Below, piece by piece: positions 1 to 8,301 of a DNA stretch of 64,000 bases. Made by a program: the position numbers and the translations under genes. Source of the stretch: a virus (taxonomy: Duplodnaviria; Caudoviricetes); the IMG/VR virus record IMGVR_UViG_3300005077_000012, positions 1-64,000 of that record; one strand, given 5' to 3'. Below the pieces are notes generated by a model. That model did not search any database. It was not told the origin of the DNA and was given only the letters and a program-made list of their open reading frames with translations. Position 1 is the stretch's first letter, and each line of letters begins with the position of its first letter.

Positions 1-93
1 CTTTAGTGCGCGCCTTGACGTACTCCTCAAGAGTTTCCAGCGTTGCATCCACCGGAACGTCAGGCAGGGCCTCAACGAGCTTCTTCTTTGCCA

Positions 94-1074
94 TCAGAAC
101 TCCGCGTCATCCGGAGCAGTCTTCTTCGCCGGAGCCTTCTTCTCAGGAACCTTCGCCGGAGCCTTCTTCGCCGGAGCAGCCTTCTGCGGCCTATCGTCCA
201 CGTCAGCAAGGAAGTCATCCTCATCCACGTCATCCGCAGACAACCCGGCATCGCTCAGATTGTCGTCATCACCCAACAGATCATCGAGGTCTTCCTCAGC
301 CTCATAGGCATCATCCGCAATCTTCTTCGTATTCGACTTCGCGGCCGAACCTACCAATGCGGTATACGCCTTCTCAACCTGTTCCAGATCAATCTGGAAA
401 TTGTCAGCCAGCGGGAAGTCCTCTGGCTTCCACTGAACGGATGGTTTATCCATCTGGTTCCGCGCAGGTTTGAACTCGATCGTCGCATACTTCGCCGGTT
501 TTCCACCAGATTCACGCTTTGCCTTGTCCAACAGGATCGCACGGTTGAGTAAATCACCAGTCCCTTTGATAAAGGGATACGCTTCACTGTCCCTGAGAGC
601 CATGAACGCCTTATACTGCGTCCCGGTCATCGACAGAACGCCGACCGTCGCATCATCAAAGTCAGCAACGGAAACCTTCTCACCCTTCTCGTTCTTAACC
701 TTGACCATCTCGCCCTTCGCGACCACGAACTGCGCCTCATACTTCGCGTGCGAATCATTACCCAAATTTTTGAGCTTCTGCGCCTTGTCCGGGTCGGAGA
801 CCTGCTTCGCGCGCTCATACATGGACAGGCAATAGGCACAAATGCTGCACGTATCCGGAGCAAACCCCTTGCCTTCGAGACCCCCCGCACATACCACGCG
901 GACACGACCGGCACCGGGCACATCGATCCAGTGGATATACCCGTCCTCATAGGCGGACGACAGAAAGTACACCGGAGTCTTCCCTTCCGGTATCTTCAAC
1001 ATCATCCCACCACTCGACTCCTGAGAGTCGAGACTCTGCTGAATATCAGCTTGTTTTGTTAAGTCTTTTGCCAT
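94..1074 (-). CDS. Single-stranded DNA-binding protein (T4 gp32-like), putative
   Basis: 326 aa; Cys cluster (VVCAGG...CSICAYC), long acidic tail (EAEEDLDDLLGDDD...DDAEF), lies downstream of UvsY-like, primase and helicase genes. Confidence 0.65.
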   Translation of the reverse strand: MAKDLTKQADIQQSLDSQESSGGMMLKIPEGKTPVYFLSSAYEDGYIHWIDVPGAGRVRVVCAGGLEGKGFAPDTCSICAYCLSMYERAKQVSDPDKAQKLKNLGNDSHAKYEAQFVVAKGEMVKVKNEKGEKVSVADFDDATVGVLSMTGTQYKAFMALRDSEAYPFIKGTGDLLNRAILLDKAKRESGGKPAKYATIEFKPARNQMDKPSVQWKPEDFPLADNFQIDLEQVEKAYTALVGSAAKSNTKKIADDAYEAEEDLDDLLGDDDNLSDAGLSADDVDEDDFLADVDDRPQKAAPAKKAPAKVPEKKAPAKKTAPDDAEF

Positions 1075-1089
1075 CTTATTACCTCGCTT

Positions 1090-1590
1090 TTATACATCAT
1101 CACGCAGATCGCGGGACCCTTGCGCATACCCGCCCCCGTGCGCCATTTCTATCTCAGCCTTCAGCGAATACGCCACCGCAGTCAGCGCGTTGACCTGCAA
1201 CTTGAACGCACTGCGCAGTATATCCGCCTTGCCGATAACATTCTCAATATTTCTGATCTTGACCTGCCACTCCTGATACTCCTTGTCGTAGTCCAGAATG
1301 ATCTGCCCCTTCTTCGCGGTTTCCGTCGCCTTCGGAGCCGCCTCCGAGACGATCTGATACTTCTCGAAGTACCATCGATCATAATCCGCCTGCACCTTAC
1401 CCTGCAGCTTGATCGCATCCGCCTGCAGCGCACCGTAAAACGCATAACGCCCGACCGCCCGACCCAGCGCAGCCCGGACATCCTGCGGAGTCACTTCGGA
1501 CAGCTCAAGGTTCCCCTCAATGGTTTCCGCATACACTTCGCCTTGCCAATTCAATTCTATTTTCATATCGTCCTCCACCTCTATATACAA
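1090..1590 (-). CDS. UvsY-like recombination mediator, putative
   Basis: 166 aa helical protein with UvsY-like pattern (YAFYGAL...KATETAKKGQI.LD.EY); adjacent to SSB. Confidence 0.5.
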   Translation of the reverse strand: MYIEVEDDMKIELNWQGEVYAETIEGNLELSEVTPQDVRAALGRAVGRYAFYGALQADAIKLQGKVQADYDRWYFEKYQIVSEAAPKATETAKKGQIILDYDKEYQEWQVKIRNIENVIGKADILRSAFKLQVNALTAVAYSLKAEIEMAHGGGYAQGSRDLRDDV

Positions 1591-1607
1591 TCGAGCCCGG
1601 CAATATA

Positions 1608-2528
1608 TTACTCGGAAATAAATTTTTTTCCGAATATTTTTTTGACCTCAGCCGCAGATAAATCATTCGGGTCCCGACCCTCCGGCAACCTGACTGAAAA
1701 CGCCGGGACATACCGACGAACCGCTTCAATCCCAGCCGCCGTCGCATCCCGGCCCGCGCGATCGTTATCGTACGCGAAGACAACACGCCGGGCATGGCGA
1801 TACAGCAGAACCGCCTGCTGATCCGTAATCCCCGACGTCCCCATCGTACTCACTGCCGGAACCCCGCACTGCTGCAGCCACATACAATCGATCTCTCCCT
1901 CGACCAGTATCAAATACGGCAGACGCCCGGGCCCGGACAACAACACATCCAGCCCGAACAGGGCCTCCCGCCCGGACTGTGGCTTCCGCGTCTTCGGTAT
2001 GCCCCCATCAACGTGCCTCCCGGCCCACGTCACCAGCTTCCCCCGGGTATTCCGAACCGGAATGATCACCCGGTCCTCCCACTCATCGTGCTCACCCCAG
2101 CGGACGCCGAAGGTGTGCAAAATATCTATAGACAGCTTGCGCGACCTCATGTACGCCTCACCGGGAGTCCCGTCTATCGGACGAAAGGTCCGCTCAAACC
2201 ACGCCCGCTTAAAATACCGGACCGGCTCAACCTCCTCCCCCCCAAAGAAAAAGTCCTCCAGATTCTCGACGACGTGCGATACCCGCTCAGACTCCAACAA
2301 CATCCGCCGGACATCGGCTACGGGCACCCCCTTTACCTCCGCCAGAAACTCGGCGAACGACGCTACCTTGCGGCATGAAAAGCAATAGAACTTCCCCCGT
2401 GTGGTATGCACCTCCGCTGACGGCTCTTCGTCACCGTGAAACGGACACAGAACCCGAACATTATCGACCCCGTACATCCCGTACGTATCGATCCCGTGCC
2501 GCTCCAGCTCAAGCAGGTAATTCACCAT
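1608..2528 (-). CDS. dnaG: DNA primase (CHC2 Zn finger + TOPRIM)
   Basis: CPFHGD..PS...F.CFSC zinc finger, LVEGEIDC and YDNDRAG TOPRIM motifs; start moved to ATG 2528 (GGAGG upstream). Confidence 0.9.
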   Translation of the reverse strand: MVNYLLELERHGIDTYGMYGVDNVRVLCPFHGDEEPSAEVHTTRGKFYCFSCRKVASFAEFLAEVKGVPVADVRRMLLESERVSHVVENLEDFFFGGEEVEPVRYFKRAWFERTFRPIDGTPGEAYMRSRKLSIDILHTFGVRWGEHDEWEDRVIIPVRNTRGKLVTWAGRHVDGGIPKTRKPQSGREALFGLDVLLSGPGRLPYLILVEGEIDCMWLQQCGVPAVSTMGTSGITDQQAVLLYRHARRVVFAYDNDRAGRDATAAGIEAVRRYVPAFSVRLPEGRDPNDLSAAEVKKIFGKKFISE

Positions 2529-2868
2529 CCGCCTCCAACGCCCGGTGCAGCGCATACGTATACAACCAGACATCCCGAAACTGATCTACGGTCCCTACCA
2601 GCGGGAACGCTCCGAACTTCACAACGATCTCACCATCCCCCAGCGTTATCAGACTCGTCGCCGTACGCATCACCGTAACACCGAGCGCGTTGTAGCACGG
2701 GATCGTCGCATACACATCAAGCTCCGGGTACGAAAACCCGACCTCACCAACCGGCTCATCAACGATAACCGGAACATATCGAACCTTGTACCGCTCCTCC
2801 AACCGCGCAACGATGAACGCCTGCTCATCCATACTGCGATCCCCCAAACAGAACCCAACTTCGATCAT
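2509..2868 (-). CDS. Hypothetical protein
   Basis: 119 aa ORF in operon orientation, AGAGG upstream, overlaps primase start. Confidence 0.6.
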   Translation of the reverse strand: MIEVGFCLGDRSMDEQAFIVARLEERYKVRYVPVIVDEPVGEVGFSYPELDVYATIPCYNALGVTVMRTATSLITLGDGEIVVKFGAFPLVGTVDQFRDVWLYTYALHRALEADGELPA

Positions 2869-2879
2869 ACCGCTGACCT

Positions 2880-3005
2880 CTATAATTTTATTTCAGACTG
2901 GATATCCAGCTTGTCGGACTTGCACTTCGGACAGACCTTGTAATTGTTTACACTCCGCCATATATGCCAGCACTTCAAACAGCAATAACTAAATATTTTT
3001 TTCAT
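2880..3005 (-). CDS. 41-aa zinc-ribbon protein (not in ORF track)
   Basis: Hand translation MKKIFSYCCLKCWHIWRSVNNYKVCPKCKSDKLDIQSEIKL; CxxC...CPxC; TGATG overlap with helicase stop; fills the gap exactly. Confidence 0.65.
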   Translation of the reverse strand: MKKIFSYCCLKCWHIWRSVNNYKVCPKCKSDKLDIQSEIKL

Positions 3006-4453
3006 CACGCCGTCGCCCTTCTCTGCTTCGTCTTCCGATCGCGCCGGGGAGTCATATCCTCACCCAACAGACGCAGGTCCTTCACGCCCAGAACCTCTTC
3101 GTGAATTCGCATATATTCCAGATTCGGCCTCAGTATGATGGACTTGTCCGGCAACTTCGCGTTCCGCATTTTGAGCACCTGCATCTCCAGCGTATGCTCA
3201 ACCTCCGCCTTGTCCGTCCGAACCAGACCAACCACCACCGGGGACGTCTCCGATATCCCCCGGGAATACTTCAGGTCCCCCAGAGATAACACATCAGACT
3301 CCAGTGCTTCATCTCGTAACTGCCCGGCAGTCCACCCGGCAATACCATCGTTGAAGTCTGCGACGAAGTCCTTGAACTCCCAGATCGCATCAGACTGCGC
3401 CGACCAGTCCTTCGACGCCCGGCCACGAACCACGTTAATCGGGTACAGGATGTTTATATAATCAAGCACAACCAGATCGAGCTGCCGCTTGTGCTTGTCC
3501 TGCACCCGCAGTGCTTCCGCCTCGACGTCGCTCATATCAAACCCCTTCGGAAAGGATACTATTTCGAGGAAATTTTCACGCCGCCCGCGCTCCTTCCGGA
3601 CGGCGCGCTCCCACACCTTCAGCGACTCATCCGACAACTCACCCGAGCGGAACCCCGACGCCGGGATACCGGCCACCATGCTGTCAATCCTGAACTCGAT
3701 GTCAATCTTGCCCATCTCTCCGGACACGAACAACACACTCCGATCATGGAACCACGCATTGACCGCGAAAGACGCCAGAGCCGCCGTCTTGCCGATCGAC
3801 GGACGACCTCCGATAACTCCGAACTCCTTGCGCATGATACCGCCGGTCAGACGGTCGAACGCTCCGATCCCGGTCAGGACACCAACCTCTCCCCCGTCCT
3901 CGCGGAGCTTCCGCCGTTCCGCGATCACCTCAACCCGGGACTCGTACCCCTCAAGGTATTCCCCGGCCTTTGTGTTGTCCTTCACCGCAACCGGGGACCC
4001 GAGATCGCGGAGCGTCGCCTTCACGTCATCCAGAGAGAACGTCCCGGTCCGAACCGTGCTCACCACGTCGCGGAGACTGTACATGATCCGTCGACTCTCG
4101 TACATGGTCAGCAGGTCTTCGATCGCGACCTTGACCCCCTTCTCGCTCAATCGATCCGTATCCACAGAAAACACATCGTCGAGCACCGCAGCATACGTCG
4201 CCTCATCCGTGGTCGACGCACCGCGCTTCTTCAGCTCGCGAACGATCGAGCTCCGGGATACGATCGCCTTCAGGTCCTTCACCAGAGCGATGATGTCCCC
4301 AATGAGCTGCGATCCGAACCACTCAACCTCAACCAGCGCCGCCATTGACGTATTCTTGCGAACAAGAAACGCTGCGACCTCCGTCTCGATATCGTTGTCT
4401 CTGAATTTCGACTCGATGACTTCAGACAGTTTATCACTCCCCTTATCTCCCAT
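3005..4453 (-). CDS. dnaB: Replicative DnaB-like helicase
   Basis: Walker A GGRPSIGKT, Walker B LVVLDYINIL, C-terminal KMRN motif. Confidence 0.9.
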   Translation of the reverse strand: MGDKGSDKLSEVIESKFRDNDIETEVAAFLVRKNTSMAALVEVEWFGSQLIGDIIALVKDLKAIVSRSSIVRELKKRGASTTDEATYAAVLDDVFSVDTDRLSEKGVKVAIEDLLTMYESRRIMYSLRDVVSTVRTGTFSLDDVKATLRDLGSPVAVKDNTKAGEYLEGYESRVEVIAERRKLREDGGEVGVLTGIGAFDRLTGGIMRKEFGVIGGRPSIGKTAALASFAVNAWFHDRSVLFVSGEMGKIDIEFRIDSMVAGIPASGFRSGELSDESLKVWERAVRKERGRRENFLEIVSFPKGFDMSDVEAEALRVQDKHKRQLDLVVLDYINILYPINVVRGRASKDWSAQSDAIWEFKDFVADFNDGIAGWTAGQLRDEALESDVLSLGDLKYSRGISETSPVVVGLVRTDKAEVEHTLEMQVLKMRNAKLPDKSIILRPNLEYMRIHEEVLGVKDLRLLGEDMTPRRDRKTKQRRATA

Positions 4454-5243
4454 CCCGCACCTCTTCCATCAGCCACGCAGGCTCAGTAATCTGAGCACAG
4501 TAATAATCGATGCCGACCTTCAGGTCATCCCAATACTCAGCCTGCAGCTTCCGCGAGTAGTCATCCCCGACCATCTCAAGAAACTCACACCGACGCCGAA
4601 GCAGGGACACCGTCGACTCCCCGAAGTTCTCCCGTATCTCGGCCTCGCTCCAGTTCGTGCAGAGGATCAACACCTTACCCGCACCGAGAAACCGGCGCAG
4701 CGACTCGTCCAGCATCTTGACCACGTAATCAGACCCGGCCTTCCGGTACTTCTTGTCGAGCTCGTCGATCAGCAGTATCCGCCCACTCTCCATGTCCTCG
4801 ATCTCGGCGACCCGCTCCTTCTGCAGCGCCGTGATGTACAACGACAGGGGGAAGTACCGCACCGAGTACCCGGCAACCAGAGCCGCCTTCCCGATCTCAC
4901 ACATCAGCGACGTCTTCCCCACACCGTTCGGCCCGAGGAACGTCAGGCCGCGCCCCTTCTCGACTGCGGTCGCAAGGTGCTGCAAATAAAAACTCACCGT
5001 ATCCTTGTACGCCTGATCAATCTCAAGCTCGGCAATACTCAGACCCCAATAATCCGCCGGAATGTTTGCCACAACGAGCTCCATGAGATACCGCAGCACA
5101 ACCATACACTCACACCGACGCAACGCCCCGGGCACAGACGACACGGGCAGATACCCGGTACCGCCACACTCTTCACACCCCGCCACCAGACGGTCCCGCA
5201 GATTATTCACCTGCGAACGCTTTTCGTCATCGAACTTGTACAC
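4443..5243 (-). CDS. DnaC/IstB-like AAA+ helicase loader
   Basis: N-terminal CEECGGTG...RRCEC, Walker A GPNGVGKT, Walker B LLIDEL, CTN sensor. Confidence 0.85.
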   Translation of the reverse strand: MYKFDDEKRSQVNNLRDRLVAGCEECGGTGYLPVSSVPGALRRCECMVVLRYLMELVVANIPADYWGLSIAELEIDQAYKDTVSFYLQHLATAVEKGRGLTFLGPNGVGKTSLMCEIGKAALVAGYSVRYFPLSLYITALQKERVAEIEDMESGRILLIDELDKKYRKAGSDYVVKMLDESLRRFLGAGKVLILCTNWSEAEIRENFGESTVSLLRRRCEFLEMVGDDYSRKLQAEYWDDLKVGIDYYCAQITEPAWLMEEVRDGR

Positions 5244-5990
5244 TCAATCCACCTCACTCAATCGCTTGATCTTACTCGCTAACGCAGCGGCCCGCTTCTG
5301 CACGTCCGCCGCGTGGTCCACCCACTTTGTCGTGGTCTGCAAAGAATCCCGGGCACGACCACCACCCGACTCGAACTCCACGATCATGCTCGGGTACAGG
5401 AACAACCCCCACCCGAACGTCTTCCCCATCCCCTCGATCTTCTCCCGGACGAACCAGTCAACATACCGGGACAGGTCCACGCGTTCACTCAGCCGGATCA
5501 GATTTTTAGCGTGACGCTTCGGGATCATCCCACGCCACTTCTGAGGCCCGGGAAGACGGTCATTGATCACCCGAAGCAGCTTCGTTTCTGGACCACGGGA
5601 ATTTTTCAGGTGGTCCTCCCCTACTGTATCAGTAGAGAGGGTACCAAGAGATGATACATACTCCCTCTCTCTCAGGGGAGTACCAATGTTGGTTTTCCAG
5701 CGGTGGAAATTTTCCAGTGCTTCACCCGTCAAAATGAGTGGTCTGTACTCCGTTGGCTGCGGGGATTTCACCTCTATATCCAGAACATGAATAGACCTCA
5801 ATTCCCTAATGTAGGAATACAAAGTCTTCTCTGTAATGCGAAGCTCCTCCATGATGTCCGCTTTTCGGAGCTTTCTCTCTTGTTTTGGTTTCGATAGCAG
5901 GTAAACGTAGAATCCGAGTGCAGACATACTGCACTGCCCGTCCCGGATATGGTACTGTATGTACCGCACGGTCTTCATTACCGATGACAT
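5244..5990 (-). CDS. Replication initiator with N-terminal winged HTH, putative
   Basis: LGFYVYLLSK...DIMEELRITEKTLYSYIREL HTH-like segment; directly upstream of DnaC-like gene. Confidence 0.55.
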   Translation of the reverse strand: MSSVMKTVRYIQYHIRDGQCSMSALGFYVYLLSKPKQERKLRKADIMEELRITEKTLYSYIRELRSIHVLDIEVKSPQPTEYRPLILTGEALENFHRWKTNIGTPLREREYVSSLGTLSTDTVGEDHLKNSRGPETKLLRVINDRLPGPQKWRGMIPKRHAKNLIRLSERVDLSRYVDWFVREKIEGMGKTFGWGLFLYPSMIVEFESGGGRARDSLQTTTKWVDHAADVQKRAAALASKIKRLSEVD

Positions 5991-5999
5991 AGATCACCG

Positions 6000-6455
6000 T
6001 TACGATAATGACGCTTGTGCAGTCTGTTTGATGTCACGCACGATCTGAGCGACCCGGGACTGTGACAATCCCAGCGACTCACCGATCTGCTTCTGGTACT
6101 TCCCTGCCAGCATCCCGTCATAGACCGCCCGGGCCTGCTCAGACAATCGGGCCCTGAATTCCTGAATGAACAGGCGGTCCACAACCTCAGCCTCACAGGA
6201 CGGTTGATACATTACTGCGTGCAGTCGCAGGTACTCCCCATGCGCCCGGTTGCGTGTCGCATACCGTTTGATTATATTCGTTGTCCGCGTTGATAGTACC
6301 TTGCGCAGGTAGTGATCCCACGCACCCCTCGATGCGTCGTACGTCGCGGTGACCTCAAGGACGATCATCCGGACCTCTTGCCGGGCGTCATCCACCTCCA
6401 GTGGCGATCGACTCGCCAATTTTCGTGCAAATTGTTCAACAATTTTGTCTTCCAT
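6000..6455 (-). CDS. Phage sigma-70-family (ECF-like) RNA polymerase sigma factor
   Basis: Region 2-like DDARQE...YDASRGAWDHYL and region 4 HTH KQIGESLGLSQSRVAQIV; ATG 6455 preceded by GGAGG. Confidence 0.75.
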   Translation of the reverse strand: MEDKIVEQFARKLASRSPLEVDDARQEVRMIVLEVTATYDASRGAWDHYLRKVLSTRTTNIIKRYATRNRAHGEYLRLHAVMYQPSCEAEVVDRLFIQEFRARLSEQARAVYDGMLAGKYQKQIGESLGLSQSRVAQIVRDIKQTAQASLS

Positions 6456-6516
6456 GTTCCTCCATCTCAATCTGTATATATCATAACCAATAGGGGATAT
6501 CGGTTATGTCAGGTAT

Positions 6517-6546
6517 ACTATAACGATGTCGTTAGAGGACCGTCAA
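6517..6546 (-). promoter_or_regulatory. Sigma70-type promoter of the replication operon
   Basis: TTGACG (6541-6546), 18 bp, TATAGT (6517-6522), upstream of the sigma factor gene. Confidence 0.7.
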
Positions 6547-6577
6547 GCATTTTTTTCATCGGTGCGAAGTTTTTGTG

Positions 6578-6606
6578 TTGACGATAACGCCGGTATACAG
6601 TATATT
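6578..6606 (+). promoter_or_regulatory. Divergent sigma70-type promoter
   Basis: TTGACG (6578-6583), 17 bp, TATATT (6601-6606). Confidence 0.6.
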
Positions 6607-6646
6607 CAGTTTGTCTTGTAAAGGACACTTCCATCTCAATCAATCA

Positions 6647-6688
6647 ACAGGCCCCTGTGTCCTCCCGGATGCCGGGGCCTGTACTTTG
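6647..6688 (+). terminator. Hairpin, possible terminator
   Basis: ACAGGCCCC (6647-6655) and GGGGCCTGT (6674-6682) form a perfect 9-bp stem, followed by ACTTTG; weak U tract. Confidence 0.4.
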
Positions 6689-6897
6689 TATCTGAAATAC
6701 CTCCTAAACGCCCCGGAAACCCCATTATTCTCAACGCTGACGCTACCTATGAAACCAACCCACCTGAGACCCCTCACAGACCTCCAGAGCGTCAATTTGA
6801 GCCTCTAATGCAGTTTAGTGGACCAGAGCCCCCGCAGGGGCCCCGATCCACAGGAGAGAGAAGGATTACCTATCTACGGATAAATAGGCCAAACAGG

Positions 6898-7413
6898 TTA
6901 AAATGTGTATTGTAAGATTGCACTCATCTGAAAGAGCTTCACCGTGGTCAGGAGACCGGACCCATACCCGACCTCCCCGCCGATACCGAACGCCCCACGG
7001 TGCCGGATGTACCCGACCCCCAGACCCGGGGCTGCATCGAACTGCCCCGGAAGAACCACCCCGGAGAACAGGGCCCGGGCGTAGACTGTATGCTTCGGTA
7101 CCGGACAGTCGAATACCATCCGGTACTTCTGCTCGGTCTGCTTACACTGATCAGAACAGGTGATCATGGTCTTCGGTTCACCATCCTCCACGATATCGCG
7201 GTGCTGGATGACAATGTGGTCCCCACAGGACCGCCAGTCCCACCCCGGGACATTTTCCGGTGGTGGTTTCGGCGTGGTCCGGGCCGGGCCTTCCGGCACC
7301 AGAGCCCCGCCGTCAGGGACCGCTTCCCGATCACGAACGTAGTACCCTGCAAAAAAACTCGAAATGCACAGGGCAATCAGGGACGCCCCCCACACCTTCG
7401 TCGATCGTTTCAT
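6898..7413 (-). CDS. Membrane protein (spanin-like or envelope protein)
   Basis: N-terminal hydrophobic helix, Pro-rich linker, Cys residues, C-terminal beta-strand-like region ending LQYTF; follows holin. Confidence 0.55.
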   Translation of the reverse strand: MKRSTKVWGASLIALCISSFFAGYYVRDREAVPDGGALVPEGPARTTPKPPPENVPGWDWRSCGDHIVIQHRDIVEDGEPKTMITCSDQCKQTEQKYRMVFDCPVPKHTVYARALFSGVVLPGQFDAAPGLGVGYIRHRGAFGIGGEVGYGSGLLTTVKLFQMSAILQYTF

Positions 7414-7709
7414 ACCGCCCCGGGTTGATCCACCGCCGTCTTGTCTTGCGGAACTCCGGCCCGGCCGTCCTTCTTATCCACAACGTGCTTCGTATACCCG
7501 TATTGCGTAGCTCCGCCACCGAATATCCCGGCAGCGAACGTGTATACACTCACCGGAAGGTCAACGCCGTTGACAAGATACGATATGATACCAGTCCACA
7601 TGACACCGCACGCCTGTATCGCTGAGAACACCATGAGCAGTCGCGAGATCGAAAAATCACCGTTCGGCATCGTCGCGAGACGTAACCAGATTGACCGGCT
7701 TCGTTTCAT
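7410..7709 (-). CDS. Holin, putative
   Basis: 99 aa, two hydrophobic segments, charged C-terminus, AAGGAGG RBS; located after tail fibres. Confidence 0.55.
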   Translation of the reverse strand: MKRSRSIWLRLATMPNGDFSISRLLMVFSAIQACGVMWTGIISYLVNGVDLPVSVYTFAAGIFGGGATQYGYTKHVVDKKDGRAGVPQDKTAVDQPGAV

Positions 7710-8289
7710 CTTTGACCTCCTTCGGTTTCTCCCAGATCAGGATATCGCTGCGATCATCAGCAATCACAAACTTACCGTCCGCACTGCGCATTGCCGGGCA
7801 CCCGATCTGTTTGAGCGCATCAAGTGTTCCCGCACTGATAGTCCCTGATGAGGTGATGTCCCGTTCGGCGTCGGCAATCAACCGCTTTTTCCAATACGTA
7901 CGCTCCCCGGACTCAAACTCTTCCCGGGTGAACTCGGGCATCTTATTGAGTATGTCTTCATAAACGCGCATCTCGATTGCACAGTCCTCAATCAGCTTGA
8001 TCTGACTTTCCAGCGAGTCCAGCTTCTCATCCCGATCAACCTCCAGACGAGCGCGATCATACTTCGTCAGGTCGGGCCGGGACAATTTCTCCTCGATCTC
8101 GCGCAGATCGATCTCCAACCGCCGCCGCTGGAATGAACACGATCGCATCGCTCGGGACTTCTGGTCATACTGAAGAAGCACCGCACGATACGAACGTTCC
8201 GGTGTATCCTGATTCGCGACCATGTACTGAATTTGAAACACTGAGTTTCCGAACGGAACCGCTCGAAAACGGTCTTTGATATCTTGCAT
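7657..8289 (-). CDS. Hypothetical coiled-coil phage protein
   Basis: 210 aa, GGAGGAG RBS, helical and charged. Confidence 0.7.
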   Translation of the reverse strand: MQDIKDRFRAVPFGNSVFQIQYMVANQDTPERSYRAVLLQYDQKSRAMRSCSFQRRRLEIDLREIEEKLSRPDLTKYDRARLEVDRDEKLDSLESQIKLIEDCAIEMRVYEDILNKMPEFTREEFESGERTYWKKRLIADAERDITSSGTISAGTLDALKQIGCPAMRSADGKFVIADDRSDILIWEKPKEVKDETKPVNLVTSRDDAER

Positions 8290-8301
8290 ACTACTCCTCC
8301 T

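Noticed and set aside
5590-5720. Iteron array/origin inside the initiator gene
   Set aside because: Only short, imperfect repeats (TTTTCCAG x2, GTACCAA x2); too weak to call
6828-6841. GCCCC-CGCA-GGGGC hairpin as the late-operon terminator
   Set aside because: The 5-bp stem has no U tract on either strand; insufficient support
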